From NCBI RefSeq assembly GCF_000354175.2, contig NC_022359.1, positions 990,001-1,022,000 on the forward strand: a stretch of DNA of 32,000 bases, in the 5' to 3' direction. Origin of the DNA: Vibrio alginolyticus NBRC 15630 = ATCC 17749 (lineage in GTDB: Bacteria > Pseudomonadota > Gammaproteobacteria > Enterobacterales > Vibrionaceae). The notes under the pieces are model-generated. The model was not told where the DNA came from and made no database searches. It worked only from the letters and a program-made list of their open reading frames with translations. The translations under genes were made by a program, and so were the position numbers. Position 1 is the first letter of the stretch, and each line of letters starts with the position of its first letter. This document shows positions 16,994 through 24,649 of the stretch, one piece after another.

Positions 16994-18997
16994 ATGGATG
17001 CAGTTTTTCCGATAGCGCAACGAGAAGGTGACGCTTACTACACGCTCAGTGATTTTACGAAATTGTTTGATCAAGCTAAGAGCGGTCGTTATTTAATAGG
17101 ACAAGGGTACGGTTGGCATAGTGGCATTCACTTAACATCAAAAATGTTACCGTGGGGGAAAGGGCTCAGACCTATTCAAGCGATGCTTGATGGAAAAATA
17201 GTGGCATTTCGCATAAATCCTGATTACCTAACATCAACGTACCAAGAGCAAGAGTTTAAGTATAGTAATAACTTTGTGCTTATCGAGCATGAGGCTGTAA
17301 ACCCCGAAGATAATGAAGATGTATTTAAGTTCTATACACTTTATATGCACCTTGCGCCACCTTCAGATATTGGCGCCAATTCATCTATAACCACGCGTTA
17401 CCGTTTACAAGAAGCGAGAAATGTACGCACTTTCAAACATAGTGATGTGCCTACTAATTCTGGTGAAAAAAAACAGTCGATGTCTAAAGGAACATTACTT
17501 GAATACCTGTATGCAGAAGAGAAGGAGACCCATCCATACCAGATCGACAAAAATACCTACAAAATGATAAAGTGCCGTGTGGTAGAGAATGGTAAATCGG
17601 CAAGTGGTAGCGAAAAAGCACTGTTAAACAAGATTGTTTGGTTTGCTTCGGGTCTCAATAGTGACTTTGACATTTTAGAAGATTCCTCTGCTGTCCTATC
17701 AGAACCAGTTTCAGAACCTAAATGGATGTCGGACAAGGCGGCAATGATTAGGGACGGTAGTGTGGTTTCTTTACTCCCACTCCTATTTAGAGAGGGGATA
17801 AAGGTTTCAGCTGGGGAAGATATCGGTTACATGGGACTGCATGAGTACAGTAACGATGCAATTGGAACTAAGAAAGAAGATAATCGTGTGCATATCGAGA
17901 TGTTCTCTTTTGAGGAGCCGCCCGAATTTTTCAAAAAACAGATTTCTCCCAAAAATGCGGAAGAAAATCCACTTGTTGTTCTCGATGGGGCCGATAGTAG
18001 CGGTGCCGTTGATATGAGTAATTCGTTTATTCAGCAATTACTTGAATCTGTGACAGAAGATCAAGTAACGGACTTCTCCTCGTTCACTGCTCGCGATGCC
18101 AAAGTATACTTAGACGGTAAGCGTAAACACTTTGAGCGATTTATTGTGAAACATCCTACAGATTGGCATACAGAGTCGTCACAAAGTCTTTATGAATCAA
18201 TCCATCAGACCGCAAAGGAAGCTCTAGATATTAAGTGCTCCGCTGGTTTTGTGACTATAGAGGACTACCGTAACTCCCCATGGCGCGATCAAGTGATGGA
18301 TAGCTTTGATCTTTTCTCACAATTCGAACTGGAAAGAGCAGATAAGTTCTCATGGATGCAAGATTTACATGGTGATTTGCAACTAAGCGATGATAAGAGC
18401 CTTTGGCATTATTGGCCTTTTACATTGAATGTTACGAAATTAAGTGAATGTAAATTATCAATTGACCACGAGTTTATAGGTGAACTTGAAGGTAGCAGAA
18501 AAAAAGGATATGTTCCTGACCCTAAGAATAGTAAGAGTGGGGTAACTATTGCTACTGGCTTCGATTTAGGAGCAAGAAACATAGTTGATTTGAGAAAACT
18601 CGAACTACCGAGTGACCTTATAACAAAGCTCACCCCATATCTAGGTATGAAGAAATTTGAAGCAGAATCTTTTTTGAAAAAAAATCCGTTAACTATTAAT
18701 GAAGATGAGTTGCTTTTAATTAATCACGTAGTTAAAAAGCATGAAACTGAAAAAATCATAGCGTTGTATAATAAAAATTCTCAGATTGAATTTGCCTGCT
18801 TACCAAGTCAAGCTCAAACTGTAATTGCTTCCGTTGCCTATCAATATGGTTATCTACCTCGTGAAACTAGAAAGTTCTGGTTTCAAGCTGTAAACCAGAA
18901 GTGGGAAGAAATGTATGATAATCTAATGGACTTTAGGGATCTATATCCAACACGCAGAAAAAAAGAAGCGTTATTACTTAAGGAAATTATTGAATGA
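16994..18997 (+). CDS. Putative T6SS cargo effector: M23/LytM-like peptidase region fused to a T4-lysozyme/pesticin-like muramidase domain
   Basis: The N-terminal half aligns by eye with the lysostaphin/LytM motif order: GWHSGIHL (H42-x3-H46), DGKIVAF, FYTLYMHL (H119), VSAGEDIGYMG, RVHIEMF (H300, E302). The C-terminal 180 aa or so, FIGELEGSRKKGYVPDPKNSKSGVTIATGFDLG, parallels the T4L E11/D20/T26 region ([21 protein letters not shown]). No signal peptide. Confidence 0.7.
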   Translation: MDAVFPIAQREGDAYYTLSDFTKLFDQAKSGRYLIGQGYGWHSGIHLTSKMLPWGKGLRPIQAMLDGKIVAFRINPDYLTSTYQEQEFKYSNNFVLIEHEAVNPEDNEDVFKFYTLYMHLAPPSDIGANSSITTRYRLQEARNVRTFKHSDVPTNSGEKKQSMSKGTLLEYLYAEEKETHPYQIDKNTYKMIKCRVVENGKSASGSEKALLNKIVWFASGLNSDFDILEDSSAVLSEPVSEPKWMSDKAAMIRDGSVVSLLPLLFREGIKVSAGEDIGYMGLHEYSNDAIGTKKEDNRVHIEMFSFEEPPEFFKKQISPKNAEENPLVVLDGADSSGAVDMSNSFIQQLLESVTEDQVTDFSSFTARDAKVYLDGKRKHFERFIVKHPTDWHTESSQSLYESIHQTAKEALDIKCSAGFVTIEDYRNSPWRDQVMDSFDLFSQFELERADKFSWMQDLHGDLQLSDDKSLWHYWPFTLNVTKLSECKLSIDHEFIGELEGSRKKGYVPDPKNSKSGVTIATGFDLGARNIVDLRKLELPSDLITKLTPYLGMKKFEAESFLKKNPLTINEDELLLINHVVKKHETEKIIALYNKNSQIEFACLPSQAQTVIASVAYQYGYLPRETRKFWFQAVNQKWEEMYDNLMDFRDLYPTRRKKEALLLKEIIE

Positions 18998-19392
18998 ATT
19001 ATAATAGACTATTAATTACTTTGGCTGTGATTTGGTCAGGTTTGACTAGTGCAGCTTCAATGACGGATATTTATGAATTGTTAGACTTTACATCATTCCC
19101 TAACTCACTGAACCCCAAAAGCATCGAAGAAAGGCATTTTTCTGATTTTCAAGGTGAATTCAAACTTGCAGTACCAAAAATAACAAAAGATGAGATTGTA
19201 ATAGATGATGACCATTGGTATTACAAGATTGAGTTAATGGAAATTAAAGGTGATAATGTGTACCTTTGCTTTCATGATAAATCTAAGGTCGGCACTTATG
19301 ACTCTGTGCAACCTATTGTTGTTAGAAGATATGGGAATGATTTTGTTGCTTTAGCATTGGACCCAACTTCTTCAAACCAAGAGTGTAAGTAA
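18994..19392 (+). CDS. Small secreted protein, candidate periplasmic immunity protein for the upstream effector
   Basis: 132 aa. Sec signal peptide (LLITLAVIWSGLTSAAS). The ATG overlaps the effector stop (ATGA at 18994-18997), the classic effector-immunity coupling. Confidence 0.65.
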   Translation: MNYNRLLITLAVIWSGLTSAASMTDIYELLDFTSFPNSLNPKSIEERHFSDFQGEFKLAVPKITKDEIVIDDDHWYYKIELMEIKGDNVYLCFHDKSKVGTYDSVQPIVVRRYGNDFVALALDPTSSNQECK

Positions 19393-19657
19393 TTATACCG
19401 ATTTAGACTTTGGGTTTTAATGTAGAAGAAATAAAATAGCTGTTTATTTAGTAATTAGTTTTATACAGTGATTACGGGCAGATATATTCCTATAAGGAAT
19501 AGTCACTATTAATAAATGTAATTAGAGTTGGAGTCAATTTGGTTAATGTTTCATATGTTCCTTAACTTTACTCAGATTACATCCTTACTATTTTTCTTCT
19601 CTTCCGTTCTAAGTAAATGCTGCGTGTGAGCAAAGCTCAGTTGTATTCACATGTAAT

Positions 19658-20041
19658 TTGGAAAATAAAGACAGTGGCTTGAAAGCTTGTTTTAATCAAG
19701 CCGAGAATTCGATGTACTTCGTTGTTGACGAAAATGGATTGAAAACAGTTTATGCCCCACGAAAGGGGAAGAGTTTAGATAATTATAAATGGATAGATAT
19801 TTCTCTTGAAGAACCTGAATTCATTCCTTTGAAATTTGAAGTAAATGAAAACAAGAATGCGTACTTTTCATTGACTAGAGGTGGTGGACGGTTGAGTGTC
19901 GTTGCTAGCTTCGTTGACATGATTGAAGATGAAAATGCTGTTGAGTACTACTGTGAATGGGAAACTGAAACAGCTCTGGATCCCAACGTTAGATTAAAAA
20001 TAAAACACGTAAAGCCCAATGGGTTTGAAGCTTGGGATTAA
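19658..20041 (+). CDS. Hypothetical small cytosolic protein (start uncertain; TTG 19658 or ATG 19712)
   Basis: 127-codon ORF with protein-like composition, ending about 100 nt before a strong terminator. It has no signal peptide and no upstream in-frame ATG or GTG; the frame opens at 19613 after a TAA. No SD is visible. Confidence 0.45.
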   Translation: MENKDSGLKACFNQAENSMYFVVDENGLKTVYAPRKGKSLDNYKWIDISLEEPEFIPLKFEVNENKNAYFSLTRGGGRLSVVASFVDMIEDENAVEYYCEWETETALDPNVRLKIKHVKPNGFEAWD

Positions 20042-20144
20042 ATAGCAATAGATTCCAGTGAGAGCCTAAATAAAATTCATTGTAATAAAGAGTTAGCTTT
20101 TCTAGAAAATTTACTCGAGACGTTTGGATAAGAAACGTTCAGAT

Positions 20145-20172
20145 AAAAAGCGCCGAAAGGCGCTTTTTATTT
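20145..20172 (+). terminator. Rho-independent terminator
   Basis: aaaaagcgcc / ggcgcttttt stem (20145-20154 / 20159-20168) with a GAAA loop, then a T-rich tail. The A tract upstream makes it potentially bidirectional. Confidence 0.8.
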
Positions 20173-20244
20173 TCTTTAAAATAAAGTATGGTCTCCCTCC
20201 TTTTAAAATGGTAAGTGTTGAATAATTCAACAGTGGTTAGGTAA

Positions 20245-20655
20245 ATGAATAAAATAACTAAACTCGCTTTGACTTTGTCCGTATTGACATCTGTTGTTGG
20301 GTGTCAACTGGTCTCAAATACGCCGATGCAATCGACAGCAACGAAGGAAATAATTGAAAAAGCAAAGGCAGAGTTTGATGGACAACGTTTTTATAAGTTG
20401 AATGAATATGATGAAGAAATCAACGTTTCAGATGACGGTGTCATTACCTTCAAGTCTTACTTACCACGCAGCGGCGGCTATGAATGGGTACCAATTGTGA
20501 TACGCGATACTAGTTTTCGTGTTTCTTGCGATTATTTCAGTGAATATGTTGAAGCTGGAATGGTTGTTCAGGTTCAGTTTGTAGGTAAACGCGGGCGCAT
20601 TGAAAATTACGACAAGCAACGTTGTGAAGAGTTTGGCGAGCCAACATGGCAATAA
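20245..20655 (+). CDS. Small lipoprotein, candidate second or orphan immunity protein
   Basis: 136 aa. Lipobox LTSVVGC (MNKITKLALTLSVLTSVVGCQ). It stands alone between two near-identical terminators. Confidence 0.6.
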   Translation: MNKITKLALTLSVLTSVVGCQLVSNTPMQSTATKEIIEKAKAEFDGQRFYKLNEYDEEINVSDDGVITFKSYLPRSGGYEWVPIVIRDTSFRVSCDYFSEYVEAGMVVQVQFVGKRGRIENYDKQRCEEFGEPTWQ

Positions 20656-20670
20656 GATCTATGGATAATT

Positions 20671-20696
20671 AAAGCGCCGACAGGCGCTTTTTATTT
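20671..20696 (+). terminator. Rho-independent terminator, near-identical copy of the one at 20147-20172
   Basis: aaagcgcc / ggcgcttt stem with a GACA loop and a ttttattt tail. 25 of 26 nt are identical to 20147-20172. Confidence 0.8.
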
Positions 20697-20769
20697 ACGT
20701 TTTAGTTAACCGTTAGAAAAGATGTAGACCAATCTTCGGAAGATTAGGCAAGCAATGCGTAGTATCTGG

Positions 20770-21918
20770 TCACAAGTTGGTATGAACTTGCCTTTTAGAA
20801 AACGCTAATAAAATCGCTAAACAGCTACATGATAATAGAACGACACCTAAGTTTTGTACTGTTCCAGCCATCGCTAATCCCGTCCCGATCATGATGTAGT
20901 ACATGAGCCCAAATAAAGCGCCTGCGCTACCTACCTGTTGTTTATAATCAACGAGTGCGTCACTGAGTATATTGGGTATCGCAATCCCATAAGACATGAC
21001 GACTAACACCATTGGAGCAACAAACCAGATTGATTGGCTCAGAATCAACACACCGACTGATCCCAAACTAAGCAATACTGCTGAGAGCCAAAGTAGTTGG
21101 CTTTTTCGAACATTTTTAGACACTAGGGATTTGTTTAAACAACTCCCAAGCAGAGTGCCTAACCCCAGTACCATGCCACTGTATCCAAATTGTTCGGAGT
21201 TATACCCAAGTACCGAGAAAGTAAATGCGCCAAGCTGGTAATAAGAAAATAGAGCAATGTTATACAAAGCAACCAGTAATCCTGAGCGCCAAATTCGCGC
21301 GTCTCTTACCATTTTCCAGCTAAGTTGATGCAACCGTACTGGTGTCTGTTCCTTCTGTGTTTCAGGAAGCTTAATGACGTTATAAGCGAACAATACTAAC
21401 GCGATTAAAAACAAGGCAAAAAATACATAACGGTATCCACCAAGCGCTGTAAGCTGCCCGCCTAATAGCATGCCAACTACCGGGCTGATTGATATACCCA
21501 TCCCCATTAAGCTGAAGACTTTACTCAGTTCTTGACCGTCAAACGCGTCACGAAGCATGGTCTGTGTGACAACGGATCCTACCGCGATACCAAATGCGCT
21601 TAGGGCTCGCGCGGCCATGACAACAGCAAAGCTTTCGGTTTGAGTTGCGAGTAAAGATGCGCAACCATAGATAAAGAGCCCAATAAGCATGGTGGGCCTT
21701 CTTCCCAGTTTATCTGCGAGAACTCCCCAAACTACAACGCCAATGGCAAAAGCTAGGAAGTAAATCGACAATGTTTGGGCTGCTTGTGCGTGGTTTACAT
21801 CAAATGATAGAGCGATTGAGCTCAACGCTGGGCTATAGATGGTTTCTACAATTTGCGGAAACATCAACATAACCAGCATGAGCCATAAAGAGGGCTTAGT
21901 ATTCATATTGTTACCCAT
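20770..21918 (-). CDS. MFS transporter, Bcr/CflA-type drug-resistance family
   Basis: 382 aa, about 12 predicted TM helices, MFS motif A (GVLADKLGRRPTM). The alternative start MNTKPS lies at 21904. Confidence 0.85.
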   Translation of the reverse strand: MGNNMNTKPSLWLMLVMLMFPQIVETIYSPALSSIALSFDVNHAQAAQTLSIYFLAFAIGVVVWGVLADKLGRRPTMLIGLFIYGCASLLATQTESFAVVMAARALSAFGIAVGSVVTQTMLRDAFDGQELSKVFSLMGMGISISPVVGMLLGGQLTALGGYRYVFFALFLIALVLFAYNVIKLPETQKEQTPVRLHQLSWKMVRDARIWRSGLLVALYNIALFSYYQLGAFTFSVLGYNSEQFGYSGMVLGLGTLLGSCLNKSLVSKNVRKSQLLWLSAVLLSLGSVGVLILSQSIWFVAPMVLVVMSYGIAIPNILSDALVDYKQQVGSAGALFGLMYYIMIGTGLAMAGTVQNLGVVLLSCSCLAILLAFSKRQVHTNL

Positions 21919-22005
21919 CGTTAATGAAGTTGGCGGGCAGTATAAATGAGGCTATGATTGATCTAATAACAACATAAAAACCAAATACATCAATATTCGG
22001 ACAAA

Positions 22006-22779
22006 ATGGCGCTTATTAACGAAAAAACACAATTTGATGCAGACAAGATTACTAATTATGTAGTGGGAATTGCTGCGGATATTGGCAAGCACGACTCAGG
22101 TATGCATATGCACAAGAAAGGGCAGTTATTGTACGCACCTCAAGGTTGTATGAGTTTTGCTCTGGAAGACTCGATTTGTATTTTGCCACCGACAAAGGCG
22201 GTTTGGATCCCACCTAATACGCCGCATCGTGCACTAATGACGAATGTGGTGGCGTATCGATCTTTGTATTTTGATTGTGAGGAGTTTGCCTGTCCGAGTA
22301 AGATCGCGATGATAGAAGTGAATAATTTACTCCAAGCTCTTATTGATAAAATGTCATTTTGGGAGTGGGATAAGCCTAGCAGCGAGATGGTAAATACGAC
22401 GGCGCTTTTTTGGGAGGAGTTTTATGCTGCGAAACGTTATTCGTTTCAGTTGCCTTTGCCATCGCATCGGCGCTTAACAACGTTTCGTCGAGAGTTGGTT
22501 GAACCTTCATTTCTAGCTCCTTCGCTTACTACTCTTGCAAGCAAAGTTGGGGCAAGCACCAAGACGGTAACACGATTATTTAAGTCGGAAACGGGCATGA
22601 ATTATCAAGATTGGCGGCAACAGTGGAGGCTTTTAAAAGCAGTTGAATTGTTATCAACGGGCATGCCAGTCAGCGCAGTTGCCGATTGGCTGGAGTTTTC
22701 GTCAGACAGTGCATTTATTGCATTTTTCAAAAAGCAAACTGGACAAACACCTCTGACGTTTATGAAAACCAAGCCTTAA
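22006..22779 (+). CDS. AraC-family transcriptional regulator (cupin N-terminal domain + HTH_18)
   Basis: 257 aa. Cupin-like N-terminus (MHMHKKGQLLYAPQG...WIPPNTPHRA). C-terminal AraC double HTH (LASKVGASTKTVTRLFKSETGMNYQDWRQQWRLLKAVELL...SDSAFIAFFKKQTGQTP). Divergent from the MFS gene. Confidence 0.88.
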   Translation: MALINEKTQFDADKITNYVVGIAADIGKHDSGMHMHKKGQLLYAPQGCMSFALEDSICILPPTKAVWIPPNTPHRALMTNVVAYRSLYFDCEEFACPSKIAMIEVNNLLQALIDKMSFWEWDKPSSEMVNTTALFWEEFYAAKRYSFQLPLPSHRRLTTFRRELVEPSFLAPSLTTLASKVGASTKTVTRLFKSETGMNYQDWRQQWRLLKAVELLSTGMPVSAVADWLEFSSDSAFIAFFKKQTGQTPLTFMKTKP

Positions 22780-22869
22780 GAGTCAAAATGCTCACACTCT
22801 TTCTAGAACAACCCCCAGGTTCACAGGCTCAGCCTATAAAGCATACATAGACAGGTACCAACGTGCAGG

Positions 22870-23778
22870 TTACTTGTCTTTACTCTGCAGTTTGCGAAAG
22901 TATTGCGTGGTAAAATCAACAAAGGCTCGGATGCGTTTTGGTTGATGTCGGTCGTGATGATAAAGGAGTGAAAATTCCACACTCGGAATGCTCCAATTGG
23001 TAAACACTTCTTTTAGCTTGCCTGTCTGGAGTTCTTGTTGACAATAAAGTGCTGGCACACGGATGATGCCATTTCCCGCCAAGGCTGCTTTTATCATTAC
23101 TCTGCCACTCTTACATCGTAACTGTCCACGTATCTGGTGTTCCGTTGACTGCTTTGTATTCGTGTTCTCAAATGCCCACCGTGTCACACTACCTGTCAAA
23201 CAAACGTGTTTTTCTAAGTCCTTTGGATGCGAAGGATAGCCATATGTTTCTAAATAGTTTGGGCTTGCGTATGTCCCCATTTCCACATCGATCAGTTTGC
23301 GAGCGATAAAGTTGGAGTCGTCTAACTTTCCCATTCGAAAAGCGATATCGAATTCATCCGCGATTAAATCGACACGATGGCTACTAAAATCTAAGTTAAT
23401 GCTCACTTGTGGGTGTTGGATTAGAAACTGAGCAACGATATCTGCGACAACGTCTTCTCCTAAATAGCCCCCCACACAGTTGATACGAATGTCACCTCTT
23501 AAGTCTTCTACATCATCAACCACTGCCATAACAGCTTGATCAATATTGTGAAGGGCAGTTTCACACTGTTTATACAGAACCTTGCCTGCTTCGGTGAGGT
23601 TCAGTGTTCGAGTGGTCCTTTGTAGCAAAGTGACACCAATCTGTTGCTCCAGATTTGTTATTTGACGTGAAACGTGTGAGCGAGAAACGCCAAGTTGCTC
23701 TGCTGCTTTCGTGAAGTTTCCTAGTTGAGCGATTAGGACGAAAGAGCGAATATCCGCAAGGTTGATGTGTGTTTGCAT
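22870..23778 (-). CDS. LysR-family transcriptional regulator
   Basis: 302 aa. N-terminal HTH (IRSFVLIAQLGNFTKAAEQLGVSRSHVSRQITNLEQQIGVTLLQR) and a LysR substrate-binding region. Divergent from the SDR gene. Confidence 0.9.
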   Translation of the reverse strand: MQTHINLADIRSFVLIAQLGNFTKAAEQLGVSRSHVSRQITNLEQQIGVTLLQRTTRTLNLTEAGKVLYKQCETALHNIDQAVMAVVDDVEDLRGDIRINCVGGYLGEDVVADIVAQFLIQHPQVSINLDFSSHRVDLIADEFDIAFRMGKLDDSNFIARKLIDVEMGTYASPNYLETYGYPSHPKDLEKHVCLTGSVTRWAFENTNTKQSTEHQIRGQLRCKSGRVMIKAALAGNGIIRVPALYCQQELQTGKLKEVFTNWSIPSVEFSLLYHHDRHQPKRIRAFVDFTTQYFRKLQSKDK

Positions 23779-23806
23779 GATGACTTCTTCATAATTAAAA
23801 AAGTAT

Positions 23807-23824
23807 TGTTGCAGTATAACAACA
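23807..23824. promoter_or_regulatory. Candidate LysR box (dyad TGTTG-N8-CAACA containing T-N11-A)
   Basis: tgttgcagtataacaaca at 23807-23824, in the 134-bp divergent LysR/SDR intergenic region. Confidence 0.35.
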
Positions 23825-23912
23825 GTGTTTCAACTAGGTCGGTATATATCAACAAACAAAGTTTTCTTAAACTTACCGCCACTGATGTAAACCGTTCGAT
23901 TAAGGATTCAAA

Positions 23913-24632
23913 ATGAAAAAGTTAATTGTTATTACAGGCGCCAGTTCAGGCATTGGTGAAGCGATTGCACGTCACTTCAGTGAACAGGGCCATGCTCTTC
24001 TTTTGTTAGCAAGACGTGTAGAACGTTTGGAAGCATTAAACTTACCAAATACGCTTTGTGAAAAGGTAGATGTGACCGACAAAGCTTCTTTTGAGGCTGC
24101 AATTGAGAAAGCTGAAGCGTTGTATGGTCCGGTAGATGCACTTGTAAATAACGCAGGCGTTATGCTTCTAGGTCAGATAGATACTCAGGAAGCATCGGAG
24201 TGGAAGCGCATGTTTGATGTGAACGTAATTGGCTTACTCAATGGCATGCAGTCCGTCCTAGCACCGATGAAAGCACGTAACAGTGGTACGATCATTAACA
24301 TCAGCTCTATCGCGGGCAAGAAAACATTCCCTGATCATGCTGCTTATTGCGGTACCAAATTTGCGGTTCATGCTATTTCTGAAAACGTACGTGAAGAAGT
24401 TGCGTCATCGAATGTTCGCGTTACGACGATTGCACCTGGTGCAGTGGAAACGGAATTACTTTCACATACAACGTCTCAAGATATTAAAGATGGCTATGAC
24501 GCTTGGAAGGTGGATATGGGCGGCGTGTTGGCAGCAGACGACATTGCACGAGCAGTGCTGTTTGCTTATCAGCAACCGCAAGGTGTATGTGTTCGTGAAA
24601 TTGCTTTGGCACCGACAAAACAACAACCTTAA
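23913..24632 (+). CDS. Short-chain dehydrogenase/reductase (classical SDR)
   Basis: 239 aa. TGASSGIG cofactor motif, NNAG, and catalytic YCGTK (YxxxK). Confidence 0.9.
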   Translation: MKKLIVITGASSGIGEAIARHFSEQGHALLLLARRVERLEALNLPNTLCEKVDVTDKASFEAAIEKAEALYGPVDALVNNAGVMLLGQIDTQEASEWKRMFDVNVIGLLNGMQSVLAPMKARNSGTIINISSIAGKKTFPDHAAYCGTKFAVHAISENVREEVASSNVRVTTIAPGAVETELLSHTTSQDIKDGYDAWKVDMGGVLAADDIARAVLFAYQQPQGVCVREIALAPTKQQP

Positions 24633-24649
24633 CATTGAGTTACGGCGAT

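Noticed and set aside
16994-17200. I looked for MIX-type (hRxGhhYhh), Arg-rich RIX-like, or Rhs/PAAR/VgrG-type delivery markers at the N-terminus of the 667-aa effector candidate.
   Set aside because: The closest string, SGRYLIGQGY, does not fit the MIX central motif. The N-terminus is not Arg-rich, and the M23-like region begins by about residue 35. No known marker can be claimed from reading alone.
19393-19657. 265-bp non-coding gap after the first immunity candidate. I checked it for gene remnants, repeats or mobile-element ends. It contains the palindrome tattcct-ata-aggaata at 19485-19501.
   Set aside because: All six frames are full of stop codons and I saw no similarity to flanking genes. 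The palindrome alone does not identify a function. It is mentioned only as possible promoter or operator DNA.
20729-20747. Small inverted repeat aatcttc-g-gaagatt downstream of the MFS gene on the minus strand, considered as a possible terminator.
   Set aside because: The loop is too short for the full stem, the effective stem is only about 5 bp, and no convincing U tract follows on the minus strand.
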